Below, piece by piece: positions 1-11,389 of a DNA stretch of 64,000 nucleotides. Each line of letters starts with the position of its first letter. The first letter of the stretch is position 1. The stretch is taken from positions 1,550,001 through 1,614,000 of the forward strand of contig CM026547.1 of the NCBI GenBank assembly GCA_014905635.1, read 5' to 3'. The DNA comes from Scenedesmus sp. PABB004. Taxonomy: Eukaryota. Below the pieces are notes generated by a model. That model worked only from the letters and a program-made list of their open reading frames with translations, was not told where the DNA came from and did no database searches. Made by a program: the position numbers and the translations under genes.

Positions 1-112
1 GAGCGACCGCACGATGCGCGCTCGCCGACTCGCGCGCGCTTGTTGGCAACGCGAGCCCCCGCGCCCCGCCGCCGCTGGCGACCGGGAGACAGTGGCGGCC
101 CCGAGCGCCCGG

Positions 113-1251
113 TCAGCTGCCAGCGCGGCTGGGCGGCAGCGGCACGGGGTGCTGCGCAAGGATGAGGCACAGCGGGATGCGCGCGACCAGGGTCGTGTCG
201 GGCGCCGCGCCCTGCGGGACGCGTGGGCGCAGGCGTGCGTGGGCGCGGGCTTCACAGCCGCTGCCGCAGGGCAGCGCGCGGCCGACCGCGTGCGCACGTG
301 CCTCTGCCGCCAGCGCGTCGAGCAGCGCCCGCCGGAACTCTGCCAGCGGGTCTGGCCGGTCGGGGTGGGTCTTCCGGCAGATGGCGTACGCGCTCCAGGA
401 CGACACGTAGCCGACCTGCGCGCGCAGCCGGGTCGATCGCCAGCACGCGCCGCGCCGGCCGCGCGCCTCGGCCGCCGCAGGCGTCGGGCCGCCGCTGCGG
501 CGCACCAGCTGCTCGGGCGTGAGCTCGGCAGGGCACTCGAGCTCGTGCAGCTCCACGCTGCCAAACTCGTCGGCGCTCGGCTCGAGGCCTGCGCGCGTGC
601 GCCGGCCGCTGGCTCGCGCGCGCGCCACGCCGCGCCGCGCCGCCGGCGGCGCGGAGCCGCAGCCGCCGCACCGCGGTACATGCGGTCGGCGCTGCGCTTG
701 CGCTCGTCCCAGAACGGCCCCAGGTCGTCGTAGATCCGCCGCAGCGCCGCGCCGCAGCCGGGCGCGGCGCGCGGCGCGGCGGGGACCTCGATGGCCGCCA
801 GGCCCAGCGGGATGGCCCACGCCGCGAAGACGCCGTGCGGCTTCAGCACGCGGCGGACCTCGCCGTAGAAGCGGCGCAGCTCGAGCCAGTGGAGCGCGGA
901 CGCCACGGTCACGGCGTCGGCGGCGCCGTCCGGCAGCGCCACGTCGTGCGCATCGCCGCGCGCGTACTCGACGTTGGCCGCCGGCGTCGCGTGGCGCAGC
1001 TGCGCCGCGTTGGCGTCGGTCGCGAGCACGCGGCGGAAGTGCGGCGCGAGCGCGGTCGCCGCCTGGCCGGACCCCGTCGCGACGTCGACGGCGAGGCCCC
1101 GGTGAGACGGCTCGGGCAGGCGGCTGAGGATGAGGTGGTACAGCTGGTCCGGGTAGCGGGGGCGGAACGTCGCGTACGCGGCCGCCGCCGCGCCGGAGCA
1201 GACGTCGTCGCTGTACGGCGCGGGCGCCGCCGCCGGTGCCGCCGCCGACAT
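113..1251 (-). CDS. SAM-dependent methyltransferase (Methyltransf_11 type), 4 exons
   Basis: Spliced translation MSAAAP...YATFRPRYPDQLY...LAVDVATGSGQA (motif I)...DAVTVASALHW...EVRRVLKPHGVFAAW; later exons GLEPSADEF, VGYVSSWSAY; last intron is GC-AG. Confidence 0.88.
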
Positions 1252-1722
1252 GCGCGCGCGTGCGCGCGGAGCGCGAGCTGGCCGATGGGGGGACGCCTGG
1301 CGCCTCGCTGGGCGGCGGCCGCCTCACTCCAGGGGGGTGGGGGCGCGGCTGGCTGGCTCGTCAGAGCTTCCAAAAGGCTGGGCGGCGGCAGGGCGGCGCT
1401 CTGAACGGCCCGGCGGCACGCGGCACGGCGTGCGGCGGGCCGGGCGGCCGCATGCGCGGCGGCGGCGCGGGGCAGCCTGGGCAGCTGACCGAATAGGGCG
1501 AGCTGAGCGAGACAGCAAGCGCAGCTGGGCGCGAGCTGAGCGGTCGCGGTTTGGCGGCGGCTGTCTGCTCTGCTGCCCCGGTCCGCCCAAAGAGCAGAGC
1601 GGCGCGCCCGCGCAGCAGCACCACCAGTTCCCAGGCGCGAGCTCAGCGCGTTCGGCGGGCTCGAAAAGAGAGCAGCACGCCGCTCCCGCGGCGCGCCGCC
1701 GCCGCTGCTGTCGCTGCCTCGC

Positions 1723-1782
1723 GCGGCCGCCGCTCGCGGCCGCCGCTCGCGGCCGCCGCTCGCGGCCGCCGCTCGCGGCCGC
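1723..1782. repeat. 13-bp tandem repeat (GCGGCCGCCGCTC) x ~4.6
   Basis: Read directly; lies about 60 bp upstream of the ATG at 1842, within a divergent intergenic region. Confidence 0.85.
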
Positions 1783-1841
1783 TGCCCGCACGCACCGGCC
1801 GCCGGCCGCGCGCAACCGCCGCTGCTGCGCGCTGCCCCGCA

Positions 1842-4081
1842 ATGGCGCTGGAGGAGCTGACGCACGACCTGCTCGTCCGCGTCCTGGCGGGCGCCGGCGG
1901 CGCCGGCGTGGCGCGCGCGGCGGCCGCGTGCAAGCGCCTCGCCGCCGCGGCGACGGAGCTCGCCGCCGCGCCGCTGCTGTGCAGCGCGATGAGCACGTTG
2001 GCGGTGCTGGGCGACGCGGTGCGCGACGCGACGCTCCGCGCGCTCGAGGGGTCGTGGGGCGGCGGCGTCGACTTTGCGCTGCTGCTCATCGCTGGCTACG
2101 CGCGCCCTAAGAAGTACCGCGCGTCGGAGGGGCCCGTGGAGGTGCTCGCCGAGCTGCTCGGCAGGGACGTGCCGGTTGTCGGCGCCGCGTGCGCGGGGCT
2201 GATGGGCGTGGCGCCGGGCGGGCCCGCAGAGGTGGACCCCCAGGCGGCGCGCGCGCTCGGCCGGCGCGCGGCGCAGCACGGCGTGGCGGTGCCGACGCGC
2301 GGCGTGGCCGTCCTGCTGGGCAGGCTGCCGAAAAACTGCACGGCGCGCGCGTTTGCGAGCCACACCTGGGTGCGTGGCGCTCGCGCGGGGATGGCACTGG
2401 GGCTGGGGCCCCCGGCGGCGCGCGTCGGCGCGCGCGCGGCGTCGGCTCGCCGCCTGCCGACCGCCGTGTCCGCTCCGCCCGCGCAGCCGCCGCGCGGCGA
2501 CGGCGGCGACGGCGGCGCGTGGCCGTTTGATGACGAGGGTGCGGCCGGCCGCGTACGCGCCGCGGAGCCGCGCCTCTGCCTGCTGCTCCACCGCGCCAAC
2601 GACGACGCGCTGGACGACGCGGTGGAGTGGTTCCGGGAGCGACACCCGGTGCGCCGCGCTGCCCCGCGGCGTGCGCTGGGCGGCGCAGGCGGCGGCACTG
2701 CGCGCGGCGGACGGGGGGGGGGGGGCCGACCCGGACCTGCCCCGCCCTGCGCCGCCGCCGCTGCGGCCGCCGCGCTGCGGCAGGCCCTGCAGGTGGTGGG
2801 CGGCCTGTCCTCTGGCGCGGGAGATTTGCTCTTTGCGCCTGGCGGCCCGGCCGCAGCAGACGCCCCGCGCGCCGGCGGCGCGCCCGTCTTTGCTGGCCTG
2901 CTGCTGTGCTCCACCGACGCGTGCGCGGCACCGCAGCCGGCAGGGGCCGGCGCCGCGGCGGGCCCGTCGGCGGCAGAAGCGGACGCGCCGGAGTGCGGCG
3001 GCCCGCTGCGCGTCGCGACGATGTCGGCGCGCGGCCTGGCCACGCGGCCGGGCGCAGATCTGTTCGCCGGCGTGCGCGCGCGGGTGGTGCACGAGCCCGG
3101 GCAGGACCTGGTGCTGGAGATCGCGGCGGTGGGCGGGGCGCGCGCCCCGCCCGGCGGCGGCGGCGGCAGTGGCGCCGGCGGCGCCGGCGGCGGCGGGCCG
3201 GGCAGGGGCGTGGCGCGCTGACCCTCATCGACCTGCACAGCAGCATCATCGCTGAGATCATGATGCATGGCGTTGAGCCGTGCGTGGCGCTCTGGTGCTG
3301 CCCGGCTGGGGAGGAGCCGGCCCCTTTCACGGGCGAGCAAGAGGTGGGCGTCGGTGCGCGGGGCCGCCGTCGCCGCCGCCGCAGTCGTCGGCGCGGGGCC
3401 GCCGCCTCACCGCGCGCTGGCGGCCGCAGGCGTTTGTGGTGTTCGTCGGTGGCCCCAGCATGGACGGTGGGACTGGGCCGCTGCGCCTGGGCATTGAAGA
3501 CGTGCTGGCAGGCGGCTGCGTGCCGGAGCCCGAGCCCGGCGGCACGCTCTGCCTGCAGGTCGTCGCGTACTCGGCCGCGGTGCGGCGCACGCCGCGCGCG
3601 CCCGCGCGCGCCGCCGGCGGCGCAGCCGCCTCGCGCCCACGGCTTCGCGCGCGCCGCCCGCGCGCGCCGCGCGCAGGCGAGCGCCGCGGCGGTGGCGAGC
3701 GGCCTCTCCCGCCTGCGGGCGCAGCTGCTGCCCGCCGGCCGCGCCGAGGGCCGGCTGGCCGACTGCTACGCAGCCGCGGCGGCGGCGGCGCTGGCCGCGG
3801 GTGCGCGGAGCGGCACCGCGGCGGTCGTGGCGTTCAGCTGCACGGGGCGCGGCCAGGCACTGTACTGCGAGGACGGCAGCGCGGCCACGTCGTTTGGCGC
3901 GGTGACCGAGGCAAAGATCATCGACCAGGCCTTCTCGCAGGCCGCGCCGTTTGTGGGCGCGTACGTCGACGGCGAGCTTGGCCCCGCGCTGCGGGCCCTG
4001 CACCTCGGCGGCGCCGCCGACCCGCCCGAGGTGCAGGGCTACACGAGTATGTTCGGGGGCTGGGCCTTTGAGCCAGCCTGA
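1842..4081 (+). CDS. F-box-like plus FIST (FIST_N/FIST_C) domain protein, multi-exon
   Basis: N-terminus LEELTHDLLVRVLA...VARAAAACKRL is F-box-like; FIST motifs PVVGAACAGLMG, VVGGLSSG, AFSCTGRG..LY, FVGAYVDGELGP, QGYTS; the frame change near 3130-3205 fits a GT-AG intron or a 1-nt indel. Confidence 0.75.
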
Positions 4082-4538
4082 CTGTGCTGCCACACCCCTG
4101 GGGGGTGGCGGTAAAGGGTCGCGCGAGCGCGCACGCGGCGTCTCACGAGGGCCGCGTTGCACCGCGATTCTTCGCCCCGAGCAGGCGCCCAGCCCCTCCC
4201 CGTCAGCCGCCACCCCGTCCGGCCCACGCAGCCGCTCGCTACTAAACCGCTGGGCCGCGGCCCAGCACCCGCCCGAAAATGTACAAGCGCGCCAGGGCCC
4301 CTCATCCGCGCCGCGCGCGCGGTTGGGCCCGGGCGGCGCGGCTGCGCCGCCCCGTGGCGCGCTGCTGCTGCGCGGCGCGCCGCTCGCCGGCCCCAGGCAG
4401 CCGCCGCCTGGGCGCGACTCCCCGCGCGCGCGCCGGCGGCGGCGCGCGCCCAGCCGCCTGCTGGGCGCGCGCCGCGCCGGCGCCTGCTGCTACTGCTGCT
4501 GCTGCTGCTGCTGCTCGCGCGCCGGCTCGCGCGCCGGC

Positions 4539-5209
4539 TCACACCAGCTCGCCCATGCGGCGCTTCTCCTCAATCATGATCGCGCACCGCCGCTTCCACT
4601 CCTGCGCGGCGCGGCGGGCGCGTGAGCGAGCGTGAGCGCGCGCGGCGGCGGCGCTGCAGCGCGGCGCCGCCCGCCGCGGGGCGCGGGCGCGGCCGAGCCC
4701 CGCGCCGCCCCGCCGCGTCGCCGCGCCTTGTACTGGCACTTTTCGTAGACGTGCTTCTCGTGCCCGCACGCCCACGGCGCGTACGTCGCCTTGGCGCGGC
4801 ACGCGTTGAGCGGGATGAGCAGGTGCGCGCAGTAGTCGCGGTACGCGTACGGCAGCCGCGCCGCGTCCATCTCCTCCTGTGCGTGCCGCCGCGGGGCGCG
4901 GGCCGGGGTGGGCCGGCGCCGTCGCGCCGGCACCGCCGCAGCAGCGGCAGCAGCAGCGGCGGCGCCGCGCGCGCCCTCGCCGCGGTGCGCGCCGGCCGCC
5001 GCTGCGCCGTCTGGCGCCGAATTCGCGGGCCTGGCACCCCCCGCCGCCCCTGGCGCGGTCATCCCGGGCGCCAGGGCCGCTGCTGGCTGCGGGAGAAGGG
5101 CCGGCCCGATCGCCCGGGCCTCCCGGCGCTGAGCGGACGCGCCGTGGCCGGCGCCGAGCGCACGTACCTTGGTGACCTTCATCGCCGGCGGCGGGAAGCG
5201 GTCCGCCAT
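4539..5209 (-). CDS. NDUFB7: Mitochondrial complex I subunit B18 (NDUFB7), 3 exons
   Basis: MADRFPPPAMKVTK|EEMDAARLPYAYRDYCAHLLIPLNACR...PWACGHEKHVYEKCQYK|EWKRR; twin CX9C pattern; second intron is GC-AG. Confidence 0.95.
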
Positions 5210-5720
5210 GGCGCTGCTGCGGCACGGCGCCCTGGGCGAGCAGGGCCGGCAGCGGGCGCGGGCGAGGGGCGTGCGCAGGCTGGGGAGGGCGTCGGGGGAG
5301 CCGCGTAACCGATGAGATACCGGGCGGGCAGTGGCGGCGGCCAGGCGAGAGGGGCCTGGCAGCAGCAGCAGCAGCAGCACTCGCCAGGCCCTGAGCCCCG
5401 GCTGACAGAGTTCCTGGTGTCCTGGGCGCCGCCGCTGCTCGACCTCCACTCCCGCCGCCCTGCTGGTGGCTGTGCTCGCCGCCGTCGCACGCACACGCGC
5501 CGTCGCACGCCCGCAACCGCCGCTGCTGCACGCTGCCGAGCCCTTGCCTCCCTGCGGCAACAGCAGGCGCTCCAGGGACCAGCAGCGGCACCCGGCGGCC
5601 TCCAGCCTCAGCCCCGCGAATGGCGGGGGCGCCGCGCCGCCCCGGCGGCGGGGCCGCGCGCCGCGCCGCCGCGGCGTAGGCGAGCGCCCGCCCGCGCCGG
5701 GGCGCGGCAGCGCACGCGCG

Positions 5721-8337
5721 ATGCTGCAGCACGTGGTGCAGACCTTCCTCATTGCGGCGGTGCTGTCGCCGTTCAGCTACGCGGCGGGCCGCGCCGCGGC
5801 GGCGCTGCGCCTGCCGGCCATCACGGGCTACCTGGTCAGCGGCATCGTGTGCGGGCCCTACGCGCTGGGCATCCTCAGCCCCGAGAGCGTCGCCGACCTG
5901 TCCATCATCGAGGGCGCCTGCCTCGGCGTCATCGGCCTCGCCGCGGGCGCGGAGCTGCACCTCGGCGAGCTCAACCGCACCAAGAAGCAGGCGCGGCGGA
6001 CCGCCGGCGGCCGGCGGCCGGCGGGCGGGCGGCGGCCAGCGCGCGGCCGGCCAGCGCGCGGCGGGCCAGCGGGCGGCGGGCGGCGGAGCGGGCGGCGGAG
6101 CGGCGGGCGGCGCGGCGCCGCCGCGTCCCTGTGTCTGACGCGCGCCGCGCCGCGCTGCGCGGGCCGCGCCGCGGCGCGCAGGTCGTGTCGCTGACGGCGG
6201 GCATCTGCGGCCTGACCTGGGTGCTCTGCTACTATGCCTTCACCTGGAGCGCCTCGCTCACGCCCGTGCTGCCCGTGGTCAGCCGGGGGCAGCTCGCCGC
6301 GATCGCGAGCCTCGGCGGCACGCTCATGATGGCGCGCTCCCCCGCCTCGGCGGTGAGCCCCCGCGGCGGCCGCGGCGGCGGCCGGTGGCGGCACGCGCGC
6401 GCCCCGCGCGGCGCAGCGCTGCGTCGAGGCGCCGAGGCGCCGCGCGCGGCCGCAGATCGCGGTGCTGAAGGAGATGGACGCAAAGGGCCCGTTTGTGAGC
6501 CTGGTGATGGGCGTGGTGGTGCTGAAGGACGTCGTCGTCATCGTGCTCTTCGCGCTCAACATGGAGCTCGTGCCACTCGTGCGCGCCGCGGGGCGCGGCG
6601 GCGGAACCAGCGGCGGCGGAACCAGCGGCGCCAGCGGCGGAGCCAGCGGCGGACGCGGCGCCGGGCGCGGCCTGACCGCGCGCCCGCACGCGCCGGCCGT
6701 CGTCGCGCGCAGATCATCAACCACGACTCGTCGTCGTTCGGGCTCGCACACGTGCTGCTGCCCTTCCTCAGCGTCGGCGTGTCGCTCAGCGCGGGGCTGC
6801 TGGGCGGCTACGCCATGAGCCTCGCGCTGCAGCACCAGGCGCACGCAGCGGCCGCCTCGCTCGTCGCGGCCGCGCGGCTCGCGCCCGGCGTGCCGCACGC
6901 CGTCGTGCTGCTGAGGTGCGCGCCTGTGCGGGGCCAAGCGCGGCCGGGCCGCACGCGCGCCGCTGCGCGCCGGCGGCCGACGCGGCCGCTGCGCCGCCGG
7001 CGGGCTGGCGGGCCGGCGGCGCAGGTGCAAGCAGGCGCTGGTGCTGGGGCTGTCGACTGCGGTGTTCAGCGTGACGCGCGCGCTCGAGGCGGAGCCGCTG
7101 CTCGCCTGCGTGACGGCGGGCATGCTGCTGGCCAACCGGCGGTGCGCGGCGCGCCGCGGCGCGGCACGGCACGGCCGCCGCCGCCATCGCCGCCGCACCG
7201 ACGCCGCGGGCCCGCCGCGCCCCTGACAGGCCTGGCGGCGCGGGCGCCGAGGCGGCTCTGGAGGAGCCGGGCGCGCTGATCAACAGCATCATGGTCGTGA
7301 CAAACGTGGCCTTCTTTGGCCTCGCCGGCGCGTCGCTCAAGCTGGTGCGGCGCAGGCAGCCGCGGCGCGCGGGACAGTGCGCGCGGCGGGCCGCGCGCGG
7401 CCCCCCGACGCCGCGCATCGCGCCGCGCAGGCGGCCATCGCGGACAGCGTGTGGGTCGCACTCGTCGTGTTCCTCGCGCGCCTCGCGGCGATCGCGTGCG
7501 GCAGCTGGCTCGGCTGCCGCGTGGGGGGCGTCAAGTCCGAGGCCGCGGCGCGGGTGTTTTGGATGAGCATGATCACCCAGGCGCGGCGCGGCGCGGCGCG
7601 CGGGGTCCAGGAGGGGCCTGGCTCGGCGCCTCGAGCCCTGGGCCTGCCCGGGGGCCGGCGGCGGCGGCGGCGGCCGGTCAACCGCGCTGCCGCCCTCGCC
7701 ACCGCGCCGCCGCGCAGGCGGGCGTGGCGATGGGCCTCGCGCGCATCGCGGGCACCGCGTTCCCAGGGTGGGGCCCCGCGTTCCAGACGGTCTGCATGGC
7801 GGTCATCATGCTCAACATGCTCGTCGGCCCGCCCTGCTTCAGATCAGCCCTCATCCAGGCGCGCCGCGCTGCCAGGCGGCGCGCGCGGGGGCCCGCGCCG
7901 CCGCGGGCCGAGGCGCGGCGCGAGGGGCGGGCGCCGGCGCGCGCCGCCGACCGTGCCGACGCCGCGCCGCCGACGCCGCGCAGGTCGGCGAGGCGCGCGC
8001 GCACGTCCTGCCGTCGGCGGCGGCCGCGGGGGCCGCGGCGCAGGGCCTGCACCGCGACCTCTCAAACGCGCACGACGGCGACGTCGATGGCGTCGTCGGC
8101 AGGGCGGGCAGCAAGGGCAAGGGCGCGCGCGTGCACGCGGGCGCGGGCGGCCTGCACAGCACAGACAGCGGGCCGCTGCAGCTCGCCCGCACGCCGCCTG
8201 CTGGCAAGCTCGCGGCCAAGTCGTCGGAGGCCGGCGACGCGGCGGCAGACCACCCGGTGGTGGTGATCAGCAGCGGCGCGCTGCTGGAGGACCTCGGACG
8301 AGGACCTGAGCCGCGGCGCCGCGACAGCGACGACTGA
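5721..8337 (+). CDS. Monovalent cation/H+ antiporter (Na_H_Exchanger, CPA2-like), 9 exons
   Basis: LRLPAITGYLVSGIVCGPYALG, GLAAGAEL, ARSPASAIAVLKE, VVVLKDVVVIVLF, EPLLACVTAG, FFGLAGASL, TQAGVAMGL; many hydrophobic helices; 3 GC-AG introns. Confidence 0.88.
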
Positions 8338-8364
8338 CTGGCGGGCGGCGCTCGGTGACATGCC

Positions 8365-8369
8365 TTACA
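8365..8369 (-). terminator. TGTAA polyadenylation signal for the deoxynucleoside kinase gene
   Basis: TTACA on the + strand about 340 bp downstream of the stop at 8707; UGUAA is the established chlorophyte poly(A) signal. Confidence 0.55.
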
Positions 8370-8706
8370 CCACTGTCCTCGTTCAGCGACTCGCAGCCAG
8401 CGCGCGCGCGCGGCGCCCGCATTCAGTCAGCCACACGCTTGCACCGGCCGCCACTGCGCAGCCGGGTCGCCGTCACACAAAAAACAAGCTTGCGCGCTCT
8501 CCGGACGGGGCGCGCCCGACGGCGCCGTCCGGCCATGGCGCGGCGCCGGCCGCTTGGCACAGCGAACAAGTAGAGGGGAGGCAACGGACGAATGCCCCCA
8601 CAGCGCTGCGCCGGGAGTGCGGGGTCAAACATGGCCGCACCAAGCGCGCCAGGTATCATACAGCGTGCGTCGTCAAGGCCCCCCGGGGCGCTGCGCGCCG
8701 CGCGCG

Positions 8707-11001
8707 CTAGAGTGCGCCCGCTGACGCCCTGCTCGCGGCGTGCAGCGCCTCGAGCGACCCCGTCGCGCCGCGCGAGGCGCCCACGCCCGCGCCGGCGCCG
8801 GCGCCGGCGCCGGCGAGCAGGCCGCCGACGTCCGGCTGCGCCGTGAGCTGCCCGCTGCCGCTCGGCACCGCCCGCGCCGCGTCGTCGGTCGCGTGCCGCA
8901 CCGCCGCGCCGACCAGCTCCACGCTCGCCGCGGCGACGCCGCGCGGCGCGCCGGGCTGCGCGTGGTGCGGCGAGCCGGCGAGGCCGCGCGGCGCGCCGCC
9001 CGCCAAGGCGCCGAGCTTGGCTGCCGCCTTGTGGGCGCGCATGAACTCGATGTACTTCCCCACCTGCGCCTGGACCTCGGCCTGCGCGCGACGTGGCGGC
9101 GGCGACGCGTCGGCGGCGGCGGCGCGCAGCGGCGCACCGTCCCCGCCCGGCCTGCGGTGTGCACGGCGGCACCACGCGTGGGCGCGGGCGCCGCGGGCGC
9201 GGGGCGCGCCTGGAGGTCGCGGTCGCGCAGGACGTCCTGGTTGAGGTCGAGCACGAGCGCGGGCACCGCGTGCAGCGCGGCGTGCATGTCGCGCGGCGCG
9301 TTGGGGCCGTGCTTGTTGAGGTAGTACAGCTTGTCCTGGAGCGACGCCGGCACGAGCAGCCCGCTCGGCGCAGACACAAAGCCGTCGGCGCCGCCGCCGC
9401 CGCCGCGCGCGCTGGCGCTGTCGTGCGCAAGGTCGCCCGTGCCGAGCCAGTCCTCGTGCTTTGCGTGCAGGCCCTCCAGGTAGTCCATGCTGATCGTGTC
9501 CTCCTCGTGCCGGCCGCGCATCTTGAGCCTGCGCGCACGCGACGGCGGTCGGCCGCCCCGCCCCGCCCCGCCCCGCTCGCCGCGGCCTCGTGCCGCTCGC
9601 CGCGCGCCGCGGCCCCGGCCGCCGCGTGCCGCCGCGGCGCTGCCCCGTTGGCACACACGCACCGCGTCATGCAGGTCGATGGGTCGCACTTGAGGTAGAT
9701 GAAGCCATCCGGCTTGAGCGCGGGGTTGGTGTCCAGGATGGGCCCAAACCAGCTGTCATACACGGCCAGCTCCACGTCGCCCATCCACCCGCTCTCGCGC
9801 ACCGCGCGCACAAAGACCATGCGGTCGCTGAACACGCTGCGCTCCATCAGCCGCACGCGGCGCGCGAGCGGGCTCGCGCTGTTGCGCTCCTGCGGGCGCG
9901 CGGCGCGGCGCGGCGTATGCGGGCGGGCGGGTCTGCCTGCCGGCCGCGCCGCGCCGCGCCGCGCCGCGCGCGGCCCTCTCTCTCCCGCGCGCCGCCGCGC
10001 GGCCGGCTCTCTCCCGCGCCGCCGCGGCGCGGCGCGGGCTTCTTGCCTGCATGACGCGGGACATGAAGACGTAGTTTTGGAAGGTGTACGCGTAGCGCTG
10101 CGGGTCGGCGTAGAAGCGGTCGAGCAGGTTGAGCGTGCCGCCCTCAACCGTGGGCACGCGCTGCCACTGCTCCACCGGCTCGTGCACCACCTGCGCGCCG
10201 GCGGGGCGGGGCGCGGCGGGGCGCGGCGGGCGGGAGGGAGAGGGGGCGCGTGGCGGGGGGGGGGGCACGCGGGGCGGGCGGCGCGCGGGGCGGTGGGGCG
10301 GCGCGCCCGCGGCGCGCGCCCGGTGCGGCGCGCACCCCGAGCTGCTGCTGCAGCTCCTCGTTGCCGGCGGTGATGTAGCCCAGGAACGTCGACTTGCCGG
10401 CGCTGATGTTGCCCTCCACGCAAAAGGTCATCTCCGGCGCCGGCGGGCCCGCCGCGTCGGTGGCGCGGGCGCCGCCAAACACGGCCGCGATGTGGCGCAC
10501 GATGCGCTGCGCGTGGTCCGCGCGCTTGATGCCCAGCTCCTGCAGGTACTTGACCGCCGCGCTGGGCGCCGCGGCGGCGCCGCCGCCGGGGCCGTCGGCG
10601 GGCTCTGCCGCCGCGCCGGCGCGCTCGGCGGCGCGCAGCTCGCGCATGATGCGCTCGCCGAGCTGCTCCACTGTCTCGATGCCCTTGCCGCGCAGCAGGC
10701 GCTCGTAGCTGCGCCCGATGCCCTGCACGTGCTTCAGCTTCAGCAGCGCGACCGCGTCGCCGCCGGCGGGCGGCTTGGCCGCCGCGGCCGCCGACACGAG
10801 GCGCGCCGCGCCGCCGCCGCCGGGCGCCAGCCGCCGCGCCGCGCCGCACGCCGCCGCGCCGCGCGGCGCGGCCGCCCGCGGGGCGCCGGCGGGGAGGGAC
10901 ATCATGGCGGGGCCCAGGGCGCCCAGCAGGCCGCCGGCCGCGCGCGCCGCGAGCGAGAGCAGGGGGGCGTGGGCTGCTGCTGCCAGGGCGCCGCTCAGCA
11001 T
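8707..11001 (-). CDS. Deoxynucleoside kinase (plant-type dNK) with transit-peptide-like N-terminus, 5 exons
   Basis: P-loop FCVEGNISAGKSTFL; EPVEQW; FYADPQRYAYTFQNYVFMSR; MERSVFSDRMVF; PDGFIYL; LKMRGRHEE; YLEGLHAKHEDWL. Confidence 0.93.
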
Positions 11002-11389
11002 GGTCGAGGCGCCGACCGTGCGCGCGTGCGCGCGTTCATGGCGTCGGCGCGACGGTCGGCGAGGCGCGGGGCGACCTGGGCGCGGGGCGGCCTGGGCGCG
11101 CGCGCAGGGCGAGCGGAAGGGCCGCGACCGCGTCGGAGGCGCGAGCGGCGAGGACGGAGGCGTGTGGGCGTCAACGGTGGTCCCGGGCGGCAGCTGCAGC
11201 TGCAGCACCGGCGCGCGGCGGCGGCGCCCTGAAGCGCGGCGGCGCAGCGCTGCGTCTTGGCCGATCGGTGCAGGTGCCCTGGCAGCCCTCCCTGACCGCC
11301 CGGAACTGCCGATCACCGGACGCGCGCGCGGCCCGCACGCGGCGCGCACGCGGAGGCGTCGGCGAGCGCGCGCCGCTGCCGGCGCCGCG

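Noticed and set aside
3129..3221. Premature stop in the F-box/FIST gene as a pseudogene sign
   Set aside because: A phase-compatible GT...CAG intron (~3130-3205) restores the frame
10650..10745. Helix-hairpin-helix-like segment (HVQGIGRSYERLL) fused to the deoxynucleoside kinase
   Set aside because: A similar N-terminal segment is, to my knowledge, a normal part of plant-type dNK
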